From: Candidatus Omnitrophota bacterium
GTDB taxonomy: Bacteria; Omnitrophota; Gorgyraeia; Zapsychrales; JANLHA01
NCBI GenBank assembly: GCA_963662715.1
Contig: OY759724.1
Location: 3,090,001-3,122,000, forward strand
Length of the DNA stretch: 32,000 nucleotides
Direction: 5' to 3'
This document shows, piece after piece, positions 16,584 through 26,081 of this stretch; the first letter of the stretch is position 1, and each line of letters starts with the position of its first letter. Below the pieces are notes generated by a model, which saw nothing but the letters and a program-made list of their open reading frames with translations, was not told where the DNA came from and searched no databases. Made by a program: the position numbers and the translations under genes.

Positions 16584-19376
16584 ATGCTGCATGATTCAAT
16601 CATAATAACAAATGCCAAAGAGCATAATCTCAAGAACCTTTCCCTTACGCTACCGCGCAATAAATTCATCGTTGTGACAGGCCTCAGCGGTTCGGGGAAA
16701 TCGTCTCTGGCCTTTGATACGATTTATGCCGAAGGGCAAAGGCGATACGTTGAAAGTCTTTCGGCCTATGCCCGGCAATTCCTTGAACAGCTGCGAAAGC
16801 CGGATGTGGAATCCATTACAGGGTTGTCCCCGACCATTTCCATCGAACAGAAAACGATAAGCCACAACCCCCGGTCCACCGTAGCGACCCAGACGGAAAT
16901 TTATGATTATTTGAGAGTCCTCTTCGCGAGGGTCGGAGTCCCATACTGCCATCAATGCGGCCGGCAAATTCAACAGCAATCGGTTGAAGAAATCGTTCAG
17001 CAGCTCATGAAACTGGAAGAAGGGACCCCCCTGATAATCCTGGCCCCGCTTATCCGCGGAAGAAAAGGAGAATACCGCGACATTCAAAAACAGGTCAGCA
17101 AAGCCGGTTTTGTCAGAATGCGTATTGACGGCCAGATGACCGATGTCCAGGATAAAATCAAGTTAGATAAATATAAAATTCATCATATCGAAATCGTTGT
17201 CGACCGGTTAACCGTCAAATCCTCCGTAAAAAAGCGCTTAACTGATTCTTTGGAAACGGCGCTGAAAGTCGGCAAAGGCATCGTCATGGCCGACTTCAAT
17301 CAGAAATACCCTGAAAAAATTTTTAGCGAAAATTATTCCTGTGTTCACTGCGGGATTAATTTGACAGAAATTGAACCGCGGATTTTTTCTTTCAACTCAC
17401 CTTACGGAGCCTGTCCCGATTGCAACGGCCTGGGGATCAAAATGGAAATTGATCCGGAATTTCTTATTGATGACCCCGCAAAACCATGGATTAATGCCAT
17501 CGCGCCATGGAGAAAAGGCCGGCGGAATTACCTCATGTACTACAGGGCCGTCATGAGGGAGATCGCCGCGATCTATGATGTCGATCCGGCGCTTCCTTAT
17601 AAAAACACCACCAAAGCCTTCAAAAAAGTTATTCTTTGGGGGTCTGGCGATGAGGTGTGGGGAAAGCCTTTTGAAGGGATATTAAAGTATATGAAAAGGC
17701 TTTTTGAAGAGACGGACAGCGACTGGCTCAAGGACGAGATATCCAGATACATGTCCGCATCCCCTTGTCCCACCTGCAAGGGAGACCGCTTGAGAAAAGA
17801 GTCCCTGGCTATTAAAATTCACGGGATAAACATCGCCCAGGTTTGTGCCATGTCCATAAAGGAGGCCCGGAACTATTTTCACGATCTCAAATTAAACAAA
17901 ACACAACAACACATCAGTGAACCGGTGGTCAAGGAAATCATCCGGCGTATCGATTTTTGCATGAACGTCGGGCTGGAATACCTGACGCTGAACAGGAAAA
18001 GTTCGACCCTCTCGGGAGGAGAAGCGGAACGCATCCGCTTAGCCACTCAAGTGGGTTCCGGGCTCGTGGGGGTTGTTTATATTTTAGATGAACCCAGCAT
18101 CGGACTCCATCAAAAAGACAATGAACGCCTGCTGTCCACGCTGCAGTCCCTGAGGGATTTAGGAAACACTCTTATTGTTGTGGAACATGATGAAGCCACC
18201 ATACGGGCCGCTGATTACATTGTAGACCTGGGGCCGGGAGCCGGGGAATTCGGAGGAGAGCTGACATATGCCGGTGATATAAAAGGCTTACTGACCTCGA
18301 AACGCTCCCTTACCGGAAAATATCTCCGCGGAGAATACCAGATCCCGATACCGATCAAGAGGCAAGTGACCAAAGAAACCCCGTATCTGGCCATCACCGG
18401 AGCCAGAGAGAACAATTTAAAAAATATCACGGTAAAATTTCCTCTGGGCAAGTTTGTGTGTATTACAGGCGTTTCCGGATCCGGGAAGTCCACACTCGTC
18501 GATGAAATCCTTTACAAAGCCCTGGCACAAAAATTATACAAATCACGCGATAAGCCGGGACGTTTCCGGCAAATCAAAGGGATCGAACACATTGACAAAG
18601 TTATTGAGGTGGATCAGACACCTATCGGGCGCACGCCCCGGTCTAATCCCGCGACATACACCGGAGTCTTCAGCCATATCCGTGATCTGTTCAGCCGCCT
18701 TCCGGCATCCAAAATGAGAGGCTTCAAACCCGGACGTTTCAGCTTCAACGTTAAGGGGGGGCGCTGTGAGGCGTGCCGGGGAGACGGGATCAAGAAAATC
18801 GAAATGCATTTTTTGCCGGATGTTTATGTGGAATGTGAAGTCTGCCACGGGCAACGCTTTAACACCCAGACTCTTGACATCTTTTATCGTGATAAAAATA
18901 TCTCCGATATCCTTAATATTTCCGTCGATGAAGCCCTCGACTTTTTTAATAATGTCCCGCGGATCAAGAATATTCTGCAGACGCTTTATGATGTGGGGCT
19001 GGGATATATTAAACTGGGACAACCGGCCACAACATTATCGGGAGGGGAGGCCCAGAGGGTCAAGCTGGCCAGCGAACTCTGCAAACGCTCCACGGGGAAG
19101 ACTTTGTACATCCTGGATGAACCGACGACAGGGCTCCATTTTGTCGATGTGGACAAACTCCTTCAGGTCCTGCACCGTCTTGTTAACAAAGGCAACACCG
19201 TGCTCGTCATTGAACATAATCTTGACGTCATAAAAAGCGCCGACTACATCATTGATCTGGGGCCGGACGGGGGAGATAAGGGCGGGGAGATCGTTTTTGC
19301 CGGCCCCCCGGAAGATATCCTGACACTTGATCAATCGCATACGGGGCAATATTTGAAAAAAATTATTCCCCATTAA
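16584..19376 (+). CDS. uvrA: Excinuclease ABC subunit A
   Basis: 930 aa. It has two Walker A motifs ([18 protein letters not shown]), two ABC signatures ([24 protein letters not shown]) and zinc modules (CVHCG...CPDCNG; CEACRGDG...CEVCHG). Confidence 0.97.
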   Translation: MLHDSIIITNAKEHNLKNLSLTLPRNKFIVVTGLSGSGKSSLAFDTIYAEGQRRYVESLSAYARQFLEQLRKPDVESITGLSPTISIEQKTISHNPRSTVATQTEIYDYLRVLFARVGVPYCHQCGRQIQQQSVEEIVQQLMKLEEGTPLIILAPLIRGRKGEYRDIQKQVSKAGFVRMRIDGQMTDVQDKIKLDKYKIHHIEIVVDRLTVKSSVKKRLTDSLETALKVGKGIVMADFNQKYPEKIFSENYSCVHCGINLTEIEPRIFSFNSPYGACPDCNGLGIKMEIDPEFLIDDPAKPWINAIAPWRKGRRNYLMYYRAVMREIAAIYDVDPALPYKNTTKAFKKVILWGSGDEVWGKPFEGILKYMKRLFEETDSDWLKDEISRYMSASPCPTCKGDRLRKESLAIKIHGINIAQVCAMSIKEARNYFHDLKLNKTQQHISEPVVKEIIRRIDFCMNVGLEYLTLNRKSSTLSGGEAERIRLATQVGSGLVGVVYILDEPSIGLHQKDNERLLSTLQSLRDLGNTLIVVEHDEATIRAADYIVDLGPGAGEFGGELTYAGDIKGLLTSKRSLTGKYLRGEYQIPIPIKRQVTKETPYLAITGARENNLKNITVKFPLGKFVCITGVSGSGKSTLVDEILYKALAQKLYKSRDKPGRFRQIKGIEHIDKVIEVDQTPIGRTPRSNPATYTGVFSHIRDLFSRLPASKMRGFKPGRFSFNVKGGRCEACRGDGIKKIEMHFLPDVYVECEVCHGQRFNTQTLDIFYRDKNISDILNISVDEALDFFNNVPRIKNILQTLYDVGLGYIKLGQPATTLSGGEAQRVKLASELCKRSTGKTLYILDEPTTGLHFVDVDKLLQVLHRLVNKGNTVLVIEHNLDVIKSADYIIDLGPDGGDKGGEIVFAGPPEDILTLDQSHTGQYLKKIIPH

Positions 19377-19392
19377 TTCTTGAGAACAGATA

Positions 19393-21891
19393 ATGAAAAA
19401 AATGAAATCTTCTAACAATATCGCACCTGTCGTCATCCTTCTGCTGCTATCTCACCTGTTTTTTTCTCATCCTCTGCCAGCGCAATCCCAGGGAACCCAT
19501 CACGAGTTGTTCCTCGTAGCGCAAAGGGCTTTCGACGATGGGTTCCATGATGTCGCCATCCGCTATATCGAACAGTACCTGGAAAAACACCCGGCGGGGA
19601 AGGATCTCGTTCAGATCAAACTTCTGCTGGGGCAATGTTATTTTTTCAAGAACCAATATTTAAAAGCGTATTCGATTTTTAAGGAATTACTGGCTTACGA
19701 AGAGCTCAAAGATGCAACCTACTTCTGGCTGGGAGAAACATACTTTAAGGCCTCCGACTATAATCAGGCGGCGCAGTATTATCAGCAGGTCCTGGACGAA
19801 TTCCCGAAGTCGGAGTTCATCCCCCAGGCGCAATATTCCTTGGGCTGGGCCCTCTGCGAGAAAGGATTATATAAAAAAGCCGGTCGGCATTTTCATTATC
19901 TCATCACCCATTTCCCCAACCACACCTTAACCGAGGATGCCTATTTCAAGCTCGGAGAGTGTGAACATAATGAAAAGAATTACGCACAGGCGATAGACTA
20001 CTTTCAAAAATATCTTAATAAATATCCGGAGGCCCGGCATCAACCCGAATCCTTTTTTTATCTGGCGGAGTCTTACTTCTATACGGATGATTTCCTCACC
20101 GCAACAACCTATTATGCAAAAGCCGCGGATCTGGCCGAGGATGCCAAATTAGTCTATATGGCCCAATCCAGCATGGGGTGGTGTTATCTTAAGCTGGACA
20201 AAAAAGACCTTTCCAAGCGCTACTTTTTGGAGGCGGAGGATTACGCTATTAAACATGATGTCCTGACGGATGATGTTTATTGGGGGCTCGCAACGCTTTA
20301 TAGCCAATTTGAAAATTTTCATGCGGCCCTGGACGTTTACAACAATCTCATCAAATTATTCCCCGAAAGCCCTAATATCTCGGACGCTTACCTGGGGAAG
20401 GCCAACATCTATTATTCTCAAGAGGATTATCCGTCTGCCATCCGGGAGTATTCATGGATTATTGAACACTATAAAAACACCAAGGAAAACCAGGGAATCA
20501 CAGAGAAAGCCTATTACGGCTTGGCCTGGACTTATCTTAAATCCGGCGACCTGAAAAAATCCATCGATACGTTCCAGCGTATCATCTCTCAAACGAACAG
20601 CGATATTGTCAAAATGAGCGCACTCACTCAAATGGGCGACGCTTATCTGGACAGCGGCAAACTTAAAGATGCTATCTCGATTTATGATAAAATTCTTAAT
20701 GACTATCCTGACAGTGCTTACGCGGACTATGTCCAGTTCCGGTTAGGCATCGCCCTGCTCCAATCCCAGCGTCTGGATACGGCGGCCTTGTCTTTCAAAA
20801 GTCTCTTGAACAATTTCCCGGAATCCAAATATACGCATGAAGCCCTGTATTTTCTTGGCTTAACGTATTTCAAAAAAAATAAAATGACCTCATCGGTAGA
20901 TTTTCTTTCCCGATATATTGAGGATGATTATCAAGATAAGGAACACAATCGGGACGCCTATTTTCTATTGGGATTAGCCTATTTTAACCTGAAAGATTAT
21001 CAGTCTGCGATAGAAACATTCCAAACCATTCAGGACTATTTTGACAAAGATTTTTATTTAATGCAGGTGAGCGCTTTAAATATCGCCAAGTGTCTTTACC
21101 ATATGGGCCGGGATCAGGAAGCCATCTCTAAGTTTAAATCTGTCATTCAGGATTATTCGGAAACAGAGTCGGCTTTAGAATCCCTTTTATGGTTAGGGGA
21201 TTATCATCTTGAACGCCGGGAATTCCCGCAGGCCATTCAATACTATCAAAAAGCGCTGGATAATTTTCCTTCAACGCCAAAAATAAACATCATTTATTTT
21301 GAACTGGGCCAGACCTACACGGCTATGGAGGAATTCGATTCAGCGATCGATTATTATCAAAGAATCACCAAAGAGGCGTCTCCGGAAGTCTACGGCAAGG
21401 CCCAGTTAGCGATCGCGGACATTTTTTCCAAAAACTTGCCCCTGGAAGAGGCCCTGGAAACGTATGTAAAAATCGGAGAGGTTTCGCATGAATTCAAATG
21501 CGATGCGTATCTTAAGATTGCCGGAATTTACAAAAGCCAGGAGCAATATCAGAAGGCGATTCAAGCCCTGGAATTCTCCCAAAAAAATCACGTCGCTCGT
21601 TGCGAATATTCCGAAGCCCAACTGCAGTTCGCTATTGCCGACCACTATGAACTGTTAAACTTGACAGATAAGGCTATTGAAGAGTATTTTAAAATCCCTT
21701 ATCTTTACAGCAATGAAATTAATTGGATTATTAAAGCCTATTTACGTATTGGCAGACTGTTTGAAGATCAGGAAAACTGGGAAGAAGCCCAAATCGTATA
21801 CAATAAAATTTTAGAGTACCATACCGAAGAATCGAAGTACGCCGAAGAAAGAATTCATTGGATACGTAGCAACATTTCTGAAAAAAGATAG
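19393..21891 (+). CDS. Secreted multi-TPR protein built from YbgF/CpoB/BamD-type repeat units
   Basis: 832 aa with an N-terminal signal peptide (MKKMKSSNNIAPVVILLLLSHLFFSHPLPAQS, no lipobox Cys). At least 7 units have the pattern [FY]P.S......A.[YF].LG: DEFPKSEFIPQAQYSLGW, THFPNHTLTEDAYFKLGE, NKYPEARHQPESFFYLAE, KLFPESPNISDAYLGKAN, NDYPDSAYADYVQFRLGI, NNFPESKYTHEALYFLGL, DNFPSTPKINIIYFELGQ. Confidence 0.88.
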   Translation: MKKMKSSNNIAPVVILLLLSHLFFSHPLPAQSQGTHHELFLVAQRAFDDGFHDVAIRYIEQYLEKHPAGKDLVQIKLLLGQCYFFKNQYLKAYSIFKELLAYEELKDATYFWLGETYFKASDYNQAAQYYQQVLDEFPKSEFIPQAQYSLGWALCEKGLYKKAGRHFHYLITHFPNHTLTEDAYFKLGECEHNEKNYAQAIDYFQKYLNKYPEARHQPESFFYLAESYFYTDDFLTATTYYAKAADLAEDAKLVYMAQSSMGWCYLKLDKKDLSKRYFLEAEDYAIKHDVLTDDVYWGLATLYSQFENFHAALDVYNNLIKLFPESPNISDAYLGKANIYYSQEDYPSAIREYSWIIEHYKNTKENQGITEKAYYGLAWTYLKSGDLKKSIDTFQRIISQTNSDIVKMSALTQMGDAYLDSGKLKDAISIYDKILNDYPDSAYADYVQFRLGIALLQSQRLDTAALSFKSLLNNFPESKYTHEALYFLGLTYFKKNKMTSSVDFLSRYIEDDYQDKEHNRDAYFLLGLAYFNLKDYQSAIETFQTIQDYFDKDFYLMQVSALNIAKCLYHMGRDQEAISKFKSVIQDYSETESALESLLWLGDYHLERREFPQAIQYYQKALDNFPSTPKINIIYFELGQTYTAMEEFDSAIDYYQRITKEASPEVYGKAQLAIADIFSKNLPLEEALETYVKIGEVSHEFKCDAYLKIAGIYKSQEQYQKAIQALEFSQKNHVARCEYSEAQLQFAIADHYELLNLTDKAIEEYFKIPYLYSNEINWIIKAYLRIGRLFEDQENWEEAQIVYNKILEYHTEESKYAEERIHWIRSNISEKR

Positions 21892-21999
21892 CGTTGTCAC
21901 GACATCGAGAGTATCACCGTTCTGACTGCGGTATCTCAGGAAGTCCTGTGTTCCATAAGAATCTCATAAATCATTTGAAACCTGTCAAAGGAGGCCATC

Positions 22000-22665
22000 A
22001 TGGACGCTTGGGAAATCAATGCCGGGGAACTTATCCTATCCGGTGGACCGATAATGATCCCCATTATTATATGTTCGATTATCTCGGTCGGCATCATCCT
22101 GGGAAAGCTTATCTATTTCGCCAGCATTAATTCCAATCCGCAAAAACTTAAAGAAAACGTCTTTTCACTCATTAAAGACAACCGCATCAAAGACGCCATC
22201 AAGATCTGCGATCAAGACCCGTCGCCCTTAGCGCAGATCCTTAAAGCCGGCATTCTCAAAAATGGCTGTTCCAGAGAGGAAATCAAGGAAGCCATGGAGG
22301 ATGTCAGCTTATTCGAGATACCAAAACTGGAAAAAAGATTCCCGGCTTTGGCAACAATTGCCCATATAACACCCCTGCTAGGACTGTTGGGGACGGTGAC
22401 CGGGATGACGAAAAGCTTCTACACCATTAAGGAATTGGCCGGGACAATGAATCCCGTTACCCCGGGAGATTTGGCCGGAGGGATCGGCGTCGCTTTATTA
22501 ACGACCGTGGCGGGACTCACGGTGGCTATCCCCACTTTCGTAGCCTATAACTATTTAGTCAGCAGAGTCAACTCTTATGTGCTGGATATGGAACGGGGAG
22601 CCACAGAATTGGTGAATCTGCTCTGTCATATCAGCGAAATGGAATCCAAAGATACGCACAAGTGA
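22000..22665 (+). CDS. MotA/TolQ/ExbB family proton-channel protein
   Basis: 221 aa with SD AAAGGAGG 6 nt upstream. It has a three-TM layout and the family-typical segment LATIAHITPLLGLLGTVTGM followed by GIGVALLTTVAGLTVAIPTFVAYNYL. Confidence 0.9.
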   Translation: MDAWEINAGELILSGGPIMIPIIICSIISVGIILGKLIYFASINSNPQKLKENVFSLIKDNRIKDAIKICDQDPSPLAQILKAGILKNGCSREEIKEAMEDVSLFEIPKLEKRFPALATIAHITPLLGLLGTVTGMTKSFYTIKELAGTMNPVTPGDLAGGIGVALLTTVAGLTVAIPTFVAYNYLVSRVNSYVLDMERGATELVNLLCHISEMESKDTHK

Positions 22666-22754
22666 CTCCCCATAAATACCGGAGGAGTTTCCGAAACATC
22701 CGCGGCCGCAAATGGGGCTACAGAGCATAAAAACAACAAGCCTGAGGGATCAAA

Positions 22755-23159
22755 ATGAAATTTAAACGTCACGTAAAATTGGAACAAGGATTGGAGCAAA
22801 TCAACCTTGCTCCGCTTATCGACATTATTTTCCTGTTACTTATATTCTTCATGCTCTCTTCATCATTTACATTTCAATCCGGGATCCATGTTAAACTTCC
22901 CAAGGCTGTAACGAGTGACTCTATAACTGAAGATAATTTTATCATCATTATCAGCAGTGAAAATGTCATTTATTGGAATGATACTGTCCTCACTGTTGAT
23001 GAGTTAAACCAGAGGTTGAAGCAGTTAAAGGGAAGGGACACTCCTGTTTTAATCAAATCTGACCGGCGGGCATCCCTGGGCAGGATTGTGGATGTCTGGG
23101 ACTTATGCCGAAAACACGGGATTGAACGCATTAATATTGCGACAACTCAGGAACGCTAA
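22755..23159 (+). CDS. ExbD/TolR family protein
   Basis: 134 aa. It has an N-terminal TM segment with the conserved Asp (INLAPLIDIIFLLLIFFM) and a periplasmic domain ending ...VLIKSDRRASLGRIVDVWDLCRKHGIERINIAT. Confidence 0.9.
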   Translation: MKFKRHVKLEQGLEQINLAPLIDIIFLLLIFFMLSSSFTFQSGIHVKLPKAVTSDSITEDNFIIIISSENVIYWNDTVLTVDELNQRLKQLKGRDTPVLIKSDRRASLGRIVDVWDLCRKHGIERINIATTQER

Positions 23160-23215
23160 GAAAACCGGAGGGGCAGCTGGCCCGAAAGCCTTATAGATAA
23201 ACGGGGAAATTGTTG

Positions 23216-23671
23216 ATGAAATCCATTTCGACAAATAAATCCCATAGACATGAACGGGATTGGGAGGCCTTTCTCTTTTCGATCCTGCTGCATGTTTTTA
23301 TTTTCACCTCTTTCACGTTTATTTTTAAAAATTTTATAACGACAAAAAAACCGAATCTTATTTTTCTCGGCCCCATTCTCGGGTATGATGAAATCCGCAG
23401 AATCGAAAACCATCGGACGCCCCAGGACACAAAGGACTTTCTCTTGGCCGAAATGGATGTTCATCCCCGGGGAACAGATTTCTTTGCAGAAGGAAACACA
23501 GCCAACAACAAAGTCTTGCCTCCGGCCAAGCTCAAACAAGGGACTAAAAATTACCTGAAAAATACTTTTTTAAAAAAAGACGGCCACAGTCAAATACGGG
23601 AAAAAGAACTTGAAAAACTGGGTATTGATCCGGATATCCCGCGCCGGGTACCATTGCGTTTAAGTTATTAA
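23216..23671 (+). CDS. Short TonB/TolA-like membrane anchor protein with no recognisable TonB C-terminal domain (hypothetical)
   Basis: The ORF track begins at TTG 23210. The ATG at 23216 has a GGGGA about 8 nt upstream. A single TM segment, WEAFLFSILLHVFIFTSFTFIF, contains the S-x3-H motif shared by TonB and TolA anchors. It sits immediately after ExbB/ExbD. The remaining roughly 110 aa are hydrophilic, with no Pro-rich spacer or TonB_C-like end that I can recognise. Confidence 0.5.
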   Translation: MKSISTNKSHRHERDWEAFLFSILLHVFIFTSFTFIFKNFITTKKPNLIFLGPILGYDEIRRIENHRTPQDTKDFLLAEMDVHPRGTDFFAEGNTANNKVLPPAKLKQGTKNYLKNTFLKKDGHSQIREKELEKLGIDPDIPRRVPLRLSY

Positions 23672-23691
23672 TATTCTATCTCTACAAAACC

Positions 23692-23931
23692 ATGCAAATT
23701 AAAATTGATTTTAGTGCCGCGTTGGCTCTCATGCTTTCTTTAGTGGTTATTCTTGTCTATTGTTCCTGGTTATTTTATACTAGAAATAACAAAGAAAAAT
23801 CTGGCTCCATAGCGGAGTACGTGCAACAATGTCCTTACTGTTTATACATCGTAGTGGACTATAAGCAGAAAAAACTCTGGAAATGCCCCCGCTGCAACAG
23901 TCTTTTGGATAAGGAGTCTCATGAAAAGTAA
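23692..23931 (+). CDS. Membrane-anchored zinc-ribbon mini-protein (hypothetical)
   Basis: 79 aa. An N-terminal TM segment (FSAALALMLSLVVILVYCSWLFY) is followed by CPYC-x17-CPRC (CPYCLYIVVDYKQKKLWKCPRCNSLL). There is no clear SD. The 3' end overlaps the next ORF by 11 nt. Confidence 0.5.
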   Translation: MQIKIDFSAALALMLSLVVILVYCSWLFYTRNNKEKSGSIAEYVQQCPYCLYIVVDYKQKKLWKCPRCNSLLDKESHEK

Positions 23932-24292
23932 CGTCGTCACATTCTCCTCCCGTCCGCATTTGAATGATAAGGGTGTCATTTTTGTGACCGTGCTCATCAT
24001 CAGCATCGTTTTGGCTGTTGTCGTTGTTGGCGTCATGAGCCTGCTCGTCACCCATCAAAAATCCGGGCAGGATGTCGTCGACCAGATAAAATCCGAACAA
24101 TTGGCCATAGGGGAGTTTTACCGGTATCACCAGGCTCAAATGGAAGGGAGTACGATTCCGATGACGAATGCCGAGAGCCTGGATGGAAAAAACTATAATT
24201 ACAGCGTCCAGGATAATGGCAGCATGAATATTGCGCCAACGGGTCTGACCCCCGTCACGGTGAACCAAATTCAAGTTCAAATCAACTATTAA
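23921..24292 (+). CDS. GspK/PilX-like minor pseudopilin-like protein (hypothetical)
   Basis: 123 aa with SD AAGGAG 6 nt upstream of the ATG. The N-terminus ...NDKGVIFVTVLIISIVLAVVVVGVMSLL resembles the PilX_N/GspK pattern (G followed by a long hydrophobic helix, without Glu+5). It lies immediately upstream of the pilus assembly genes. Confidence 0.5.
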   Translation: MKSNVVTFSSRPHLNDKGVIFVTVLIISIVLAVVVVGVMSLLVTHQKSGQDVVDQIKSEQLAIGEFYRYHQAQMEGSTIPMTNAESLDGKNYNYSVQDNGSMNIAPTGLTPVTVNQIQVQINY

Positions 24293-24458
24293 TTTCTTCC
24301 CCCCTGAATTTAAGGCAGGTTTGTGTCGTGCCTCCCGCACCGGAGAAATCGACGCATATCAGGGAAAAACTTCCCCGCACCTTCTTGCGATATACCCGTC
24401 ATAAAAAACGGATGGTTTAAGACATTCCTGTTTTCATGGCAATTTTTTGTGAAGCTGA

Positions 24459-24487
24459 TTGACAAAGGGGAACCTGTAGTGTTTAAT
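24459..24487 (+). promoter_or_regulatory. Candidate sigma70-type promoter for the pilus assembly operon
   Basis: TTGACA (24459-24464), a 17-nt spacer and TTTAAT (24482-24487) lie about 40 nt upstream of the pilM-like ATG, inside a 235-nt non-coding spacer. Confidence 0.4.
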
Positions 24488-24527
24488 GAAAGTGTATTTT
24501 TTACTAATATTATAAATATTATTAGTT

Positions 24528-26063
24528 ATGGCAACAGCAAAAACACATACAGGCCTCTATTGGGGGAAAACCTCATTTTGCCTCGTTGAATCTTCAAAGG
24601 GGCAAATCCTGAAAGCATCTTGTGCTCCGATTGAGGAAGCCCTCGGTTCTGATTCCGAAGCCATTCCCGATGGTCTGAAATACACCAATATTCTCCAAAA
24701 ACTCTTTCTTGATGCCCAGCTTACGAACCGTCAGGCCGTTTTAAGTTTACCGACAAAAGAATTAATTTTCCGGTCGTTTGTCATCCCCTGGATGGCGCCA
24801 ACGGAGGTCAAAGGGGTCGTTGAGTTTGAAGTTACGAAGTATGTCCCGATCAAGGTTGATGAACTTATTTACACTTTCCACACCATTCCTTTTGAAAAAG
24901 ACAAACTGAAAAGTCTTAGGGTCATATTTGTGGCTATCAGGAAAAAAGTTCTGGATAAATACACAGAGATATTGCAACACAGCGATATCGCCGTATCAAG
25001 CATCGAACCGGCTGCTGTTTCGATATTCCGTCTTCTAAAAAAACAAAAGCTTATCCCGCGTGACCACGCGACAGCCGTTGTCCTCATTGAAGACAATTCT
25101 ATTCATATTATATTGATTGATGAAGACGTCGTTCAGTTTGTCAGAGAATCTCCTTTCACATTTGACGTGAGCCTTTCCGAACAGTTTGTTTCCCGGTTAT
25201 TTACCGATTTGCGCGTTTCCATCAACTTCTTTACCCGGCAAAACTCTACGGCCAAAGTTAAAAGAATTTTTCTCATTTCCAAACACTCCCTTACGGACGT
25301 TCTGGCATCGATCGAAGATGATTTCAAAATTCCCGTCCAGGAAATCCCGGCATCCAAATTAACAAAACAAGAGGATATCCCCAGTTTGGGGTTTTTGGGG
25401 GCTTTCGGAGCGTCTCTCAAAACCAGAGTTCTTACCAGCAAGGATTTTAATATCGGTCAGGAATCAGCCGATCTCGTAAGTACAAGTACGGCGATCCAAT
25501 TCAATATCGGTCGCTATAAACCCTTTTTCGTTTCGGCCGCTCTTTGTGCCCTGGTGATTTTTGCCGTCACAAACTTTTTCAACAACCAAACCCGGAATCA
25601 AACCCAAAGGCTTGAAGAGCTGAAAGTCGAACTCGGCCCCTACAAAAGCATGCAGAAGCCGGATATTGAAAACTTAACCCAGGAAATGACCCAGAAGATT
25701 GCTAATTATAAAAATGTCCGTACTCAGAGCCATGTCAAACGTTATCTCTACCGCATCCCGGCTCTCATGCCCTACGGGATGTGGTTAAAATCAATCAAAG
25801 TCCGCTATGAAGCCCCTAAACCGTCCGCAAACAAATCACTCAATGCTGAGGAGGGAGAACATCCCCGCCAATTCATCGAACTGCAAGGGTATGTTTATCA
25901 GGATAATATCAATGATCAGTTCAAATTAATTAACCAGTTTTATTCCGCCATAAAAGAACAGGACGAGTTTAAGGACGCGTTTAAAAATATCGATCTTAAA
26001 ACCAGACAGGAAGAATACCGGAATTTCCAAGTGTCTTTCTTTGTTATCACATGCAACTCATAA
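24528..26063 (+). CDS. PilM-PilN fusion protein (MshI/GspL-like architecture)
   Basis: 511 aa. The N-terminal ~300 aa are PilM-like: GLYWGKTSFCLVESSKG, LSLPTKELIFRSFVIPWMAPTEVKGVVEFEVTKYVPIKVDELIYTF and SSIEPAAVSIFRLL. One TM helix follows (YKPFFVSAALCALVIFAVTNFF, around residues 330-352), then a coiled-coil-like and periplasmic region as in PilN. Confidence 0.75.
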   Translation: MATAKTHTGLYWGKTSFCLVESSKGQILKASCAPIEEALGSDSEAIPDGLKYTNILQKLFLDAQLTNRQAVLSLPTKELIFRSFVIPWMAPTEVKGVVEFEVTKYVPIKVDELIYTFHTIPFEKDKLKSLRVIFVAIRKKVLDKYTEILQHSDIAVSSIEPAAVSIFRLLKKQKLIPRDHATAVVLIEDNSIHIILIDEDVVQFVRESPFTFDVSLSEQFVSRLFTDLRVSINFFTRQNSTAKVKRIFLISKHSLTDVLASIEDDFKIPVQEIPASKLTKQEDIPSLGFLGAFGASLKTRVLTSKDFNIGQESADLVSTSTAIQFNIGRYKPFFVSAALCALVIFAVTNFFNNQTRNQTQRLEELKVELGPYKSMQKPDIENLTQEMTQKIANYKNVRTQSHVKRYLYRIPALMPYGMWLKSIKVRYEAPKPSANKSLNAEEGEHPRQFIELQGYVYQDNINDQFKLINQFYSAIKEQDEFKDAFKNIDLKTRQEEYRNFQVSFFVITCNS

Positions 26064-26081
26064 AAACATATTGAAATCATC

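Noticed and set aside
21894-22130. 78-aa + strand ORF overlapping the start of the ExbB-like gene.
   Set aside because: It is out of frame with a well-supported ExbB ORF that has a strong SD at 21988-21995. The translation is His/Arg-rich with no features.
23780-24340. 186-aa minus-strand ORF overlapping the zinc-ribbon and pseudopilin ORFs. A second minus-strand ORF lies at 23156-23539 over the TonB-like ORF.
   Set aside because: The translations lack TM segments, motifs or domain-like patterns. The + strand ORFs have coherent TM helices, a CxxC...CxxC ribbon, an AAGGAG SD and the same orientation as all their neighbours. This is the least certain region of the window, so the + strand calls get only about 0.5 confidence.
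24323-24589. 88-aa + strand ORF spanning the spacer upstream of pilM.
   Set aside because: It has no RBS, uses a non-ATG start, overlaps the predicted promoter and the pilM start out of frame, and gives a featureless translation.
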